Assembly (NCBI GenBank): GCA_965203175.1
Contig: OZ241867.1
Coordinates: forward strand, 1,856,001-1,920,000
Length of the DNA stretch: 64,000 nt
Origin: Candidatus Latescibacterota bacterium
GTDB taxonomy: Bacteria > Latescibacterota > UBA2968 > UBA8231
Reading direction: 5' to 3'
Part shown: in pieces, positions 9,280 to 18,041 of the stretch
How the letters are laid out: each line of letters begins with the position of its first letter
Numbering within the stretch: the stretch's first letter is position 1
Made by a program: the position numbers and the translations under genes
Notes under the pieces: model-generated
Seen by the model: only the letters and a program-made list of their open reading frames with translations
Told to the model about the DNA's origin: nothing
Database searches by the model: none

Positions 9280-10806
9280 TCAGGAAAACACTGCATCGTA
9301 CAGCCGCCGGACGCCTTGGCAATGCCCCTCCAAGACGGCCTCTAGCGGTTCGTCTAGTTCCAGCAGTTCGGCTAGGATTTGGCGGTCCTCCTCCTCTTCG
9401 GGCACCGCGTACACCGGCTGGGCCTCCTGAATTTGCAGCAAGTTTTCTAGCTGCCGCAAAAAGCGGTAGGCCTCCTTTAGGGTCTGGGCGTCCGCCGGCG
9501 CGAGCAGTCCGTCCCGGCGCAGGCGCTCAATCGCCGTCAGGGTATTGTGGGAGCGAATCTGGGGATGGGTATGGCCGTTGAGTAGCTGGAAGCACTGGAC
9601 GATGAATTCGATGTCGCGGATGCCCCCAGGCTGTAGCTTGATATTGTTGTCGCCGGCCCTACTCGCTATTTCGGCTTCGATGCGTTGCTTGACGCGGGCA
9701 ATCTCTTGGCGCGGGTCGTCCTTGAAATGGCCCGGAAAAACAAAAGGGACCAGCATCTGGCGAAAGCGCTGCCACACTTGGGTTGAACCAGCGGCGCGGC
9801 GGGCCTTAATCAGCATCTGGCGCTCCCACAACTCGCCCCGTTCCTCGTAATAACTCAAGTAGCTGGCCAAGGGTCGAACTAAGGCTCCATCAATTCCGTC
9901 GGGCCGCAGCCGCATGTCAACGCGATAAAAAAAGCCCTCCCCGGTCATCGCGGTCAACAACTGAATAAGCCGTTCGCCCAAGCGCCGAAAAAACTGGCCG
10001 TTATCTACTGAATAGCCGCCGCGCGGAGCGCGCGTTTCGCCTTCTTCGTCGTAGATGAACAACAAATCGACATCCGAGCTGTAGTTGAGCTCTTGGCCGC
10101 CGTACTTGCCCAAGCCCACCACGCAAAACTTGGCCGGCCGGCCGCACTCGTCCTGCGGTCGGCCCCAGCGCGGCAGCAACTCTTCCCAAGCCCACTTTAG
10201 AGCCTGATCTACGATCGCGTCGGCTAAGTCGGCCAATTCGCGGCCGACCTGCCGCACATCTTTCATTCCCAGCACTTGGGCCGCGCCCAACCGCAGCAAC
10301 TCGCGCCGCTGGAATCGGTACAAGTCCGCGAGGGGATCGTCACTATCCGTCTCTTGGATTAGGGCGCGGCGGAGGGCAGACAGGGCCAGCGGCTGGCTCA
10401 GGTGGGCCGTCTCAACCAGCAGCCAATAAAGGTGCTCCGGGTCGCGCATCAATGCATCGGTTAAAAAGCCGCTATAGCTCAAAATCTGCGCCAATTGCTG
10501 ACCCAAGATGGGAGTATCGTTGGTCCGGTGATGTAGCACCGTTATTCCGCCCGCTCTCTGCAAGAACCGCTCCAACCTCTGCAGCGCCTGATCGGGCTGG
10601 ACGGACCGGCTCACCGCCGCCAGCAGCGACACCGGGGGATCTAAGGCGTAAGCTGGCCCCGCCAAATCGACCAACAGGTCCAGCCGCCGCAGCGCTTGAT
10701 AGGGCTGGTCAAAGCCCAATTGCGCTAGGGTATGGCACGCCGGCCCACTCGCTTCTTCAAAGGCCCGATGGGCTAGACGCAGACTCTCTTGGAACGCAGG
10801 CATCAA
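9280..10806 (-). CDS. glnE: Glutamine synthetase adenylyltransferase-like protein, single catalytic module
   Basis: GLGKYGGQELNYSSDVDLLF, RVDMRLRPDG, WERQMLIKAR and NIKLQPGGIRDIEF motifs. Confidence 0.85.
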   Translation of the reverse strand: MMPAFQESLRLAHRAFEEASGPACHTLAQLGFDQPYQALRRLDLLVDLAGPAYALDPPVSLLAAVSRSVQPDQALQRLERFLQRAGGITVLHHRTNDTPILGQQLAQILSYSGFLTDALMRDPEHLYWLLVETAHLSQPLALSALRRALIQETDSDDPLADLYRFQRRELLRLGAAQVLGMKDVRQVGRELADLADAIVDQALKWAWEELLPRWGRPQDECGRPAKFCVVGLGKYGGQELNYSSDVDLLFIYDEEGETRAPRGGYSVDNGQFFRRLGERLIQLLTAMTGEGFFYRVDMRLRPDGIDGALVRPLASYLSYYEERGELWERQMLIKARRAAGSTQVWQRFRQMLVPFVFPGHFKDDPRQEIARVKQRIEAEIASRAGDNNIKLQPGGIRDIEFIVQCFQLLNGHTHPQIRSHNTLTAIERLRRDGLLAPADAQTLKEAYRFLRQLENLLQIQEAQPVYAVPEEEEDRQILAELLELDEPLEAVLEGHCQGVRRLYDAVFS

Positions 10807-10822
10807 GAGCCACCTCTAATGC

Positions 10823-12016
10823 TCACACCCTCGGCGGCCACGGCTCCAAACAGGCTCCGGTCGGCCGCGGCCCAGTCGGTCGCCAGCGGAACGCATCATA
10901 CGACTGGTACTCCAAATCCAGCCACGGCGTTTCCAGCCGCTTGTACCCCTCGTAGCGCGAGGTCAGCGCCGCTTCGAGGATGCCGCTGGTCAGCAGGGTG
11001 CGCTCGACCGGATACTGGGCCTCGCCGCTCAGGAACATCTCTTCGACGTTGAGCGACAGATAACTAAAATGCGCGTACGCCCCTTCCGGCCCGCCGTGCC
11101 CTTGGGCGTGGAACTCGCAGGCTTGCACCTGTCCGCCGACTCGCGCCGCGTACGCCAAGTCGTGGACGTAGCCGTTGAGCATCAGCACGGCCCCCCGCAA
11201 GCCGTCGCTGTATTCCACGACAAAAAGCGCTGGATTTTGGCAGTGCTCCTCCATCGTCCCCTCGGGCTTATCGACAATGGTCGCGCAGGCGGCCTCTGCT
11301 AAGTCCCGCGACCACAATCCCTCATCGGCGGCCCGCCACACAGCCTCCCCCTCCAAACAAGTCACTGCCGCCACTCCTGTCTCTCCACCCTGCCGTCGTT
11401 CGACCATACACTGGAGCACTTCAAGGGTGTGGAACCCGTAGATATCCAGCCCGGAAAACCCAATCGCCACCGCCTCCTCCACCGGGGCCTCCAACTCGTG
11501 CTCGACCCAAGGTTGCCGCCAACACACGGGCAGCGAAGACCCGCCCATAAACGCCGCTCTCACCACCTGCGCCCGTTGGTACATCCACAGCGCATCGGTC
11601 CAGCTATAGGACAAGTGCTTGTCGTTGAACACCGGCACCCCCCGCTTCGACGTCGCCATGACCCCGCAGATTTGCTCCATAAAGTAGCGGCGGGGATAGA
11701 GTTGCTGCTCCTTTTCGTTCCAGGCGTAGTCCCCGTGCTCGCCAATGGACAGTACCCCATCCACCGCTAACTCCCGTCCCCCCAGACACAGCGCCGCCGA
11801 GATGCTGTTATAAATCGGCACCCCGTGCTCCTGGGCCATCGCCCGTCCCATATCGTTCTCGGGAAACTGGTCGATGTACATAGACGCGATCTCGACCCTC
11901 GGTGCGCACAAACCCTCGTCCGTGGGAAAGCCCTTGAGGAACTTGGAGACGATCACGTCGGCGTGCGACCGAGGGCGGTATTCGGTGATGATCGCCGCGA
12001 TTTTCTTTTTGCTCAT
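10823..12016 (-). CDS. Conserved hypothetical protein, distantly Gfo/Idh/MocA oxidoreductase-like
   Basis: 397 aa; LAVDGVLSIGEHGDY, PVFNDKHLS, GGSSLP and YGFHTLE motifs; 9-bp gap to the upstream uxuA-like gene. Confidence 0.6.
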   Translation of the reverse strand: MSKKKIAAIITEYRPRSHADVIVSKFLKGFPTDEGLCAPRVEIASMYIDQFPENDMGRAMAQEHGVPIYNSISAALCLGGRELAVDGVLSIGEHGDYAWNEKEQQLYPRRYFMEQICGVMATSKRGVPVFNDKHLSYSWTDALWMYQRAQVVRAAFMGGSSLPVCWRQPWVEHELEAPVEEAVAIGFSGLDIYGFHTLEVLQCMVERRQGGETGVAAVTCLEGEAVWRAADEGLWSRDLAEAACATIVDKPEGTMEEHCQNPALFVVEYSDGLRGAVLMLNGYVHDLAYAARVGGQVQACEFHAQGHGGPEGAYAHFSYLSLNVEEMFLSGEAQYPVERTLLTSGILEAALTSRYEGYKRLETPWLDLEYQSYDAFRWRPTGPRPTGACLEPWPPRV

Positions 12017-12025
12017 TTTATCCCA

Positions 12026-12988
12026 CTATTTGATCGCCGCCAACGCGGCAAACAACGCCTTGATGTACCCCACCGAGTACGCCAACCCCCGCGTCAGTGC
12101 CCCCTCGTCTCCCTCTAGCGCTGGTATGTGGTCAGGATTGATGCACCCATCGAAACCCACCCGGTCCAGTTCCAGCAAAATTTTGGCCATGTTCATGTCG
12201 CCGTCGTCGAGCAGGGTCTCTTCAAATCCCCCAGCCGTGGCCAAGCTCCCGCGCACATTGCGCAAATGCACCATGAAGATCCGGCCCTTGCGCCCGTAGT
12301 TGTGCACCTCGTCGAGCACTAAGGGCAAGCCACCGGCCTCGGCGCGGGTGCCGCAGCAATAGAGGTACCCAACTTGGCGGCTGGGAAAGGCGTCGATGAC
12401 CTTGTGAAAACCCAAGCCGCCCAGCGGCGTATCCGGCAGCGGCGAGTCCGACGGATGGATCGCCAGCTTGATGTCGCAGTCTTCGGCAATGGGCACCAAG
12501 CGCTCGTACACCGTGCAAAAGCGCGCCCACCAAGCATCGAGTTGTTCTAGCGAAGGCGGCCCCTCGTCGCTGTCGGCCAAGCTGCGGCTCTCGGCCCGGT
12601 AGTGATAGCCGCCGCGCCGCGGCGAGTTCCAGCGGTGGAGCATCCAGGGAAACACATCCCCGTGAAATCGCTGCCGCGCAATGGGCGCGCCGGCCTCGGC
12701 AAAGACCTCCAGCGCCGCGGCCGCGTTTTCCAACTCCTTTTCGCAACCATCCTCCCCGGACATGAACTTTTCGGTTATGTCCGGCAGGGTCACGCGGTTG
12801 AAGTCCAGCCCCCAAGAACGGATTTTTTTTCTTATTTTTATCACGGCGTCCAAGTCGGGATAGCCCTGCTCTTTGACCCCGGGGAAGTAATCGCCCGCGC
12901 CAAAGTCCAAGCAATCGACTCCGAGCTGGGTGACGTAGCGCAGGTACGATTCCGACAAATCGCCGTGCCAAACGGATATTTTGAACAT
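12026..12988 (-). CDS. uxuA: Mannonate dehydratase (UxuA)-like protein
   Basis: KLAIHPSDSP, YCCGT, VHLRNV, FEETLLDDGDMNM, PDHIP and AYSVGYIKAL motifs. Confidence 0.75.
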   Translation of the reverse strand: MFKISVWHGDLSESYLRYVTQLGVDCLDFGAGDYFPGVKEQGYPDLDAVIKIRKKIRSWGLDFNRVTLPDITEKFMSGEDGCEKELENAAAALEVFAEAGAPIARQRFHGDVFPWMLHRWNSPRRGGYHYRAESRSLADSDEGPPSLEQLDAWWARFCTVYERLVPIAEDCDIKLAIHPSDSPLPDTPLGGLGFHKVIDAFPSRQVGYLYCCGTRAEAGGLPLVLDEVHNYGRKGRIFMVHLRNVRGSLATAGGFEETLLDDGDMNMAKILLELDRVGFDGCINPDHIPALEGDEGALTRGLAYSVGYIKALFAALAAIK

Positions 12989-13076
12989 CGCTCCTTCTCC
13001 TTTTGCGGGGGCACAAGATAGCCAAGTCCCCCCAATTCAACAAGCAGCATCGCTCTTGCCCATAGGACAATAAAAC

Positions 13077-13487
13077 ATGCCAGCACAACCTCCCGACTTC
13101 ACGCTCACCCTAGACGTCCGCGACTACGAATGCGACTTACAGGGCATTGTCAACAACGCGATCTACCAACACTACCTCGAACACGCCCGCCATCAGTACT
13201 TGCAAAGCCTCGGTCTCAGCTTTGCCCGCTTCCACGAACAGGGCCACGACTTGGTCCTCACCCGCGCAGAAATCGACTACAAGACCCCCCTCCGCAGCGG
13301 CGACCGCTTCACGATTGAGCTGCGCTTGGAGCGGGAGAGTCGCCTGCGCTTTTGCTTTGTTCAAGATATCTTCAGAGAAGCCGACGGCGCGCACGTGCTG
13401 CACGGACGCCTCATTGGCACCAGCCTCAACCGCGACGGGCAGCGCGGTTTTCCGCCTGAGATAGAGGAGCTGTTGGCGAGTCGCTAA
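13077..13487 (+). CDS. Acyl-CoA thioesterase (4HBT/YbgC hot-dog family)
   Basis: VRDYECDLQGIVNNAIYQHYLEHAR signature. Confidence 0.9.
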   Translation: MPAQPPDFTLTLDVRDYECDLQGIVNNAIYQHYLEHARHQYLQSLGLSFARFHEQGHDLVLTRAEIDYKTPLRSGDRFTIELRLERESRLRFCFVQDIFREADGAHVLHGRLIGTSLNRDGQRGFPPEIEELLASR

Positions 13488-15607
13488 CGCGTCAACTCTA
13501 ATCCCGCTTCTCGCAGGTACCCCTCACACTCGTCCAGCGATTCGCCGACCAGCAGCACGGTAGCGAAAGAACGGGCCTGAGCCGGATCAGTCGTAAAAAG
13601 CACCCCACCGCTCAACTGCTTGCCGTCAGGCATCATCCGGGCTGGATGCTCAGCCTCTAGCGCAGCGGCACATTCAGCCAAGCCAGCAAACCCAGCCGCC
13701 GTTACCTCGCGTCGGCTAATCACCAACCACAGAGCCGTGCGCGCCGAATTAACTGCCTGTTGTAACTTGAGCGTCACCCGCCCCATCGTCGTGCGCGGAT
13801 TGATCTCTACAATCGGCTTTAGCCGCAAGCGGTCACGGTCGCGGTACACCATAGCATCCACGCCGACTGGCCCTTGATAACCAGCAGCGCGCAGCGGCTC
13901 GGCGAGCCATTCGGCGAGCTGTTCGCCCAACTTCGGCAAGCGGCGTGCATCGCGGCCATCGCCGTAGAGAAATCGCTTCACTTCCTCGTCGAGTCCAGCA
14001 GTAAGAGAGCCGACGAACGAACCGCGATACTGGCCGCGCCCGTCAGTGAGAAATCGCGTCCAGCCAGCCACCGTCACCCTACCCTCGGTTCCCACGTCAA
14101 AATGCAGTGACAGATCCACCACCTTGTCGAGCCACGGCTCTACTACGACTTGACCTTGCTGCCGCAAAATGTTCTCCAAGCGGCCGCGCTGCTCCGCACG
14201 CAGTTGTCCTCCACGGCAGTGGATTTGGCCGCGGCCCGAAGAGCCGTATATAGCCTTAACGACCACCGCGTCAAAACCCGCCTCCCCCAAGCACTCCATC
14301 TCCGCTAGGACTTGTTCTGTCGTCGAGCAAGCCGTGCCGACCACATCCATTCCGCAGAAATAGCCGGCCTCCTGCACCGCGAGAAACTCGCCCAACCTCG
14401 CCGCACTCCACGACTTGGCGTAGAGCGCCCGGATCGCCGCACTCCAGCAAGGCCCTTCTCCACCCCGAGGCAATCCCTCAACCAAAGGAGCGAGCAACTC
14501 GGCACTGTCTGGACTCCAACCCCAAGGTCTGAGCGCGTTGACCTTGCGCTCGGCAAGTGCTGCTAGGCCATTCGCGCTGCACTCGACGAACTCCGGAATC
14601 GCAAAGCCCAACCCCTGCATCCGCCGCAAAAAGCCCGGCGAAGGCTTCTCGCGCAAAAGCACCACATCGTCGCGGACGCACAGCAGCATGGGCAGCGCTT
14701 GGAAGTCCGCCTCCAACTCAGCCACTCGTCGCGGCGGCGTAAAACCCGACCGTCCCAACGCCACCTGCTCCTCGCAGTTGGCGTTGAACCAGTACACAAC
14801 CGGACAGCGTCCCCGCGACTGCGAGAACAACTCCAGCTCATCGATATAGTCCGCAGAAAGCCCCGCCTGGAGCCGACCCGCGCGATTGAAGCCAATGCCC
14901 TTGGCCCGCGCTGGCCCCAGCGGAAAGCGCAGCGCCTGGCGATAGGCTTCCCATTCGCTCAGCCCGGTCTCCTGCCAGCGCCTAAACCACGTCAACCCGT
15001 GTTTGACATGGCCGATTTCGTCGCGATAGATCCGCTCCAGAATCACCGCAGTCTCCGGGTCGTCCAATTGTCGATAAACTTGGGCGTAGTGCCGCGCGTA
15101 GTCGAGATTGGCTTGTTCGAGGGTCAGGCTCAAGCCCGTTACAAAGTCCATCGGGGTCTCCATCGGCCCGATGGCTTTCCAGAAAAAATCGCCGACCGGG
15201 ATCTCGCCAAAATGCACCCCAATTTCCCGCATCCGCTGTTGATAGAGCCGCACGTGCTCTTGCTCGTCGCTAAGCGTCTGCACTAAGCCACGGCGAAACT
15301 TCTCCGGGGCCTCCGGGAACTTGAGCAGCGCCAATGCCATCAGCTCCAAGGCGAGCAACTCGTGATTGGCAAAAAAGTGCAAAACCAGCCCGCGCTCTTT
15401 TTCGCTGTGGAAGTGGCGCACATCGCGGAAGCGGAGTTTTTCCCGGTGGTGCCACTCGTCCAGCCCCAAGCCGGGCGGACGGCCCGGAGCACTGGGAGTC
15501 GCAATCCCCGCACCGGGCGCGCGGTCCTCGTAGCGGTCGAGGACGACCAGCTTGTCTTCCCAGCGCGTGCCGAATAGCACCTGCTCGGCGAATTGGCGAA
15601 TTTCCAT
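13484..15607 (-). CDS. DUF455 ferritin-like di-iron domain fused to an ATP-grasp domain
   Basis: N-terminal NHELLALE, DEQEH, LEQANLD and DEIGH; C-terminal VVKAIYGSSGRG, VVEPWL, GPVGVD and EINPRTTMG. Start set at MEIRQFAE. Confidence 0.75.
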   Translation of the reverse strand: MEIRQFAEQVLFGTRWEDKLVVLDRYEDRAPGAGIATPSAPGRPPGLGLDEWHHREKLRFRDVRHFHSEKERGLVLHFFANHELLALELMALALLKFPEAPEKFRRGLVQTLSDEQEHVRLYQQRMREIGVHFGEIPVGDFFWKAIGPMETPMDFVTGLSLTLEQANLDYARHYAQVYRQLDDPETAVILERIYRDEIGHVKHGLTWFRRWQETGLSEWEAYRQALRFPLGPARAKGIGFNRAGRLQAGLSADYIDELELFSQSRGRCPVVYWFNANCEEQVALGRSGFTPPRRVAELEADFQALPMLLCVRDDVVLLREKPSPGFLRRMQGLGFAIPEFVECSANGLAALAERKVNALRPWGWSPDSAELLAPLVEGLPRGGEGPCWSAAIRALYAKSWSAARLGEFLAVQEAGYFCGMDVVGTACSTTEQVLAEMECLGEAGFDAVVVKAIYGSSGRGQIHCRGGQLRAEQRGRLENILRQQGQVVVEPWLDKVVDLSLHFDVGTEGRVTVAGWTRFLTDGRGQYRGSFVGSLTAGLDEEVKRFLYGDGRDARRLPKLGEQLAEWLAEPLRAAGYQGPVGVDAMVYRDRDRLRLKPIVEINPRTTMGRVTLKLQQAVNSARTALWLVISRREVTAAGFAGLAECAAALEAEHPARMMPDGKQLSGGVLFTTDPAQARSFATVLLVGESLDECEGYLREAGLELTR

Positions 15608-15695
15608 GCTGTCAATATAACGCATTCCCCACCTTGACACTTGGCTCGGCTCGCTATTATCTAGCCCACCCCACCACTTCCCAAAGGAGCCTCCA

Positions 15696-16946
15696 ATGCA
15701 AGTCCAATCCGTCGAACTCATCCACTTAGACGTCCCGTTCACCGACCACACCAATCAGCATATGAAGTACTGGCTGCCGCACTGGCGCATTGTCCAACTC
15801 TGCAAGATCACCCTCGCCGACGGCACCATCGGCTGGGGCGAGACCATTCCCAATTACACGTGGGCCAAAGTCCCTGAAGACATCGAAGACCGCATCGTCG
15901 ACCGCGCCGTCGGCGATCTGCTGTGGCAGGATGCGCTGGGGGCCGGAGTCCAGCAGGCGCTTTTCGACGCAGTGGGCAAGGTCCTAGGTGCCCCGGTTTA
16001 TCGCCTATTGGGCACCAAGGTCCGCACGTGGTGCCCGCTGTCGTGGTGGGCGATGGACATGCCGGCCGCAGATTGGGCGCGCCAGTGCGCCGACGCCGTC
16101 GCACAGGGCTATACCACCGCCAAACTCAAGGCGCGGACTTGGTACGACCTGCACGCCTGCATCCAAGCCATTATTGAGGCCGTCCCCCCGCAGTTCAAGC
16201 TCGACTTGGACTTCAACGGCACGCTCGCCAACGCCGCCAGTGCCGTCGAGTTTTTATCAACCTTGGAGCAATACTCGCAGGTGGCCATGATCGAGACGCC
16301 CATCCCCCAATCCGATGTGGCCGGCAACGCCCAAATCCGCAACCACATCCGCCGCCCGCTGGCCATGCACTACGGCTCACCACCCATTCTCACCACCCTG
16401 CAAGAAGACGTCGCCGACGGTTTTGTCGTCGGCGTTGGTGCCCACGGCATCGCGCAGCAATCCGCAGTCGCCGACGTGGCCAACAAACCCTTCTGGCTCC
16501 AGCTCGTCGGCACGGGCATCACCACCACGTGGGCTGCCCACTTGGGCGCGGTCTGCCCTCAGAGCAAGTGGCCGGCCATCACCTGCATGAACATCTGGGA
16601 GAGCCAACTATTGGCCGACCCCATCGAACTTCGTGGCGGCTACTACCGAGTCCCAGAACAACCCGGCCTCGGCATCGAGATTGACCTCCAAGCCATAGAG
16701 CAATATCGCGTGGATTACAGTTGGGTCGATCCGCCCCGCCACGTCTATCGCTACGCCCGCGCCAACGGCGAAGTCACCTATTACGGCTGCTCCAAGCAGG
16801 ACCTCCACAACGAATACCCCCGCGACGCCATGCCCGTCTGCGAAAGCGGGTCCGAATGCCTCCCCGTCGAAGACGACGGCAGCCGCGAGTTCGCCCAGAT
16901 TTACGAAGCCGTGCAGGATGGGGGGACGTTTAGAAGGATCGAGTAG
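15696..16946 (+). CDS. Mandelate racemase/muconate lactonizing enzyme (enolase superfamily)
   Basis: GWGET, ALFDAVGK..G.PVYRLLG, KLK, DFN, ETP and PGLGIE; AAGGAG RBS. Confidence 0.88.
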   Translation: MQVQSVELIHLDVPFTDHTNQHMKYWLPHWRIVQLCKITLADGTIGWGETIPNYTWAKVPEDIEDRIVDRAVGDLLWQDALGAGVQQALFDAVGKVLGAPVYRLLGTKVRTWCPLSWWAMDMPAADWARQCADAVAQGYTTAKLKARTWYDLHACIQAIIEAVPPQFKLDLDFNGTLANAASAVEFLSTLEQYSQVAMIETPIPQSDVAGNAQIRNHIRRPLAMHYGSPPILTTLQEDVADGFVVGVGAHGIAQQSAVADVANKPFWLQLVGTGITTTWAAHLGAVCPQSKWPAITCMNIWESQLLADPIELRGGYYRVPEQPGLGIEIDLQAIEQYRVDYSWVDPPRHVYRYARANGEVTYYGCSKQDLHNEYPRDAMPVCESGSECLPVEDDGSREFAQIYEAVQDGGTFRRIE

Positions 16947-16954
16947 ACCAACCC

Positions 16955-17460
16955 GTGAACAAGAGCTCTTACTCGCGCCGCTACGACCCCGACGCCCTGC
17001 GCGCCACGGCGATGCTGCTCGGCATCGTATTGCACGCGGGGTTGTCCTTCACGCCGTTTCCTTGGGCAGTCCAAGATGAGCGGCAAAGCGGTTTCTTTTG
17101 GTTTTTATTTGCCGCAATCCACGGTTTCCGCATGCCGGTGTTCTTTGTGCTGAGCGGCTTTTTCACGGCCATGCTTTGGCGCGGACGCGGTTTAAAACCA
17201 GTGCTCTCCCACCGTTTTCGCCGCGTGTTGCTGCCATTCCTACTCGGGCTGGTGACCATCGTTCCCGCGGTAAACTGGATCAGCGGCTGGGCCATTGCAT
17301 CTAGATTAGAAACCAACGCGGCCAAGACCGAAAAAGACAATATCTGGAGTGCAGCCAAGAGCGGAGACCTCGCCACTATTGAACGGCACCTGCGAGGCGG
17401 GGCCGATATCGAGGGGACCGATCCGGCATTCGGGCAAACTCCCCTAGTATGGGCCGATTA
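16955..17460 (+). pseudogene. Truncated acyltransferase-3 (OpgC-like)/ankyrin-repeat gene
   Basis: DALRATAMLLGIVLH and IHGFRMPVFFVLSGFF, then one ankyrin-like repeat (IWSAAKSGD...GADI...GQTPL). Similarity stops near 17460 and the ORF runs into the antisense macro gene. Confidence 0.7.
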
Positions 17461-17495
17461 CGGAATGGTCCCCGCGTCCGCCCGACGAGCTAGCG

Positions 17496-18041
17496 TTACA
17501 CTTTCATCGTCGCTAGAGCATTCTCGTAAGCCCCGTACGTCGCATCGTCGAAGAGGACGAAGCGCACCTCATAGAGACCGTCGTGCGCTTCGAGGAACTG
17601 CTTTACCACATTGAGCGCGACAACCGCGGCTTGCGCGACTGGATAACCATACACGCCGGTGCTAATGGATGGAAATGCAATCGTCTTGATGTTGTGCTCC
17701 ACTGCGAGTCGTAAGCTTTCCCGATAGCAGCTAGCAAGAAGTTCGGGTTCACCAGCGTCTCCGCCCCGCCAGATCGGCCCCACTGTGTGGATGACGCACT
17801 TCGCGGGAAGATTGCCCCCCGTCGTGATGACGGCTTGACCCGTGGGACAACCGCCCTGCTTGGCGCGGATTGCGCTGCATTCCGCCATGATGGCTGGTCC
17901 CCCAGCGCGGTGAATGGCACCATCGACGCCACCACCGCCCATGAGCCCCTCGTTAGCAGCGTTGGCAATCGCATCGACTCGTTCCCTTGTAATATCTCCG
18001 CGCACAAGTGCGAGAGACGTTTGGTTAATTTTTGTCGTCAT
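17496..18041 (-). CDS. Macro-domain O-acetyl-ADP-ribose deacetylase (YmdB-like)
   Basis: GDIT, DAIANAAN, GGGGVDGAIH, VIHTVGP and AFPSISTGVYGYP motifs. Confidence 0.93.
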   Translation of the reverse strand: MTTKINQTSLALVRGDITRERVDAIANAANEGLMGGGGVDGAIHRAGGPAIMAECSAIRAKQGGCPTGQAVITTGGNLPAKCVIHTVGPIWRGGDAGEPELLASCYRESLRLAVEHNIKTIAFPSISTGVYGYPVAQAAVVALNVVKQFLEAHDGLYEVRFVLFDDATYGAYENALATMKV

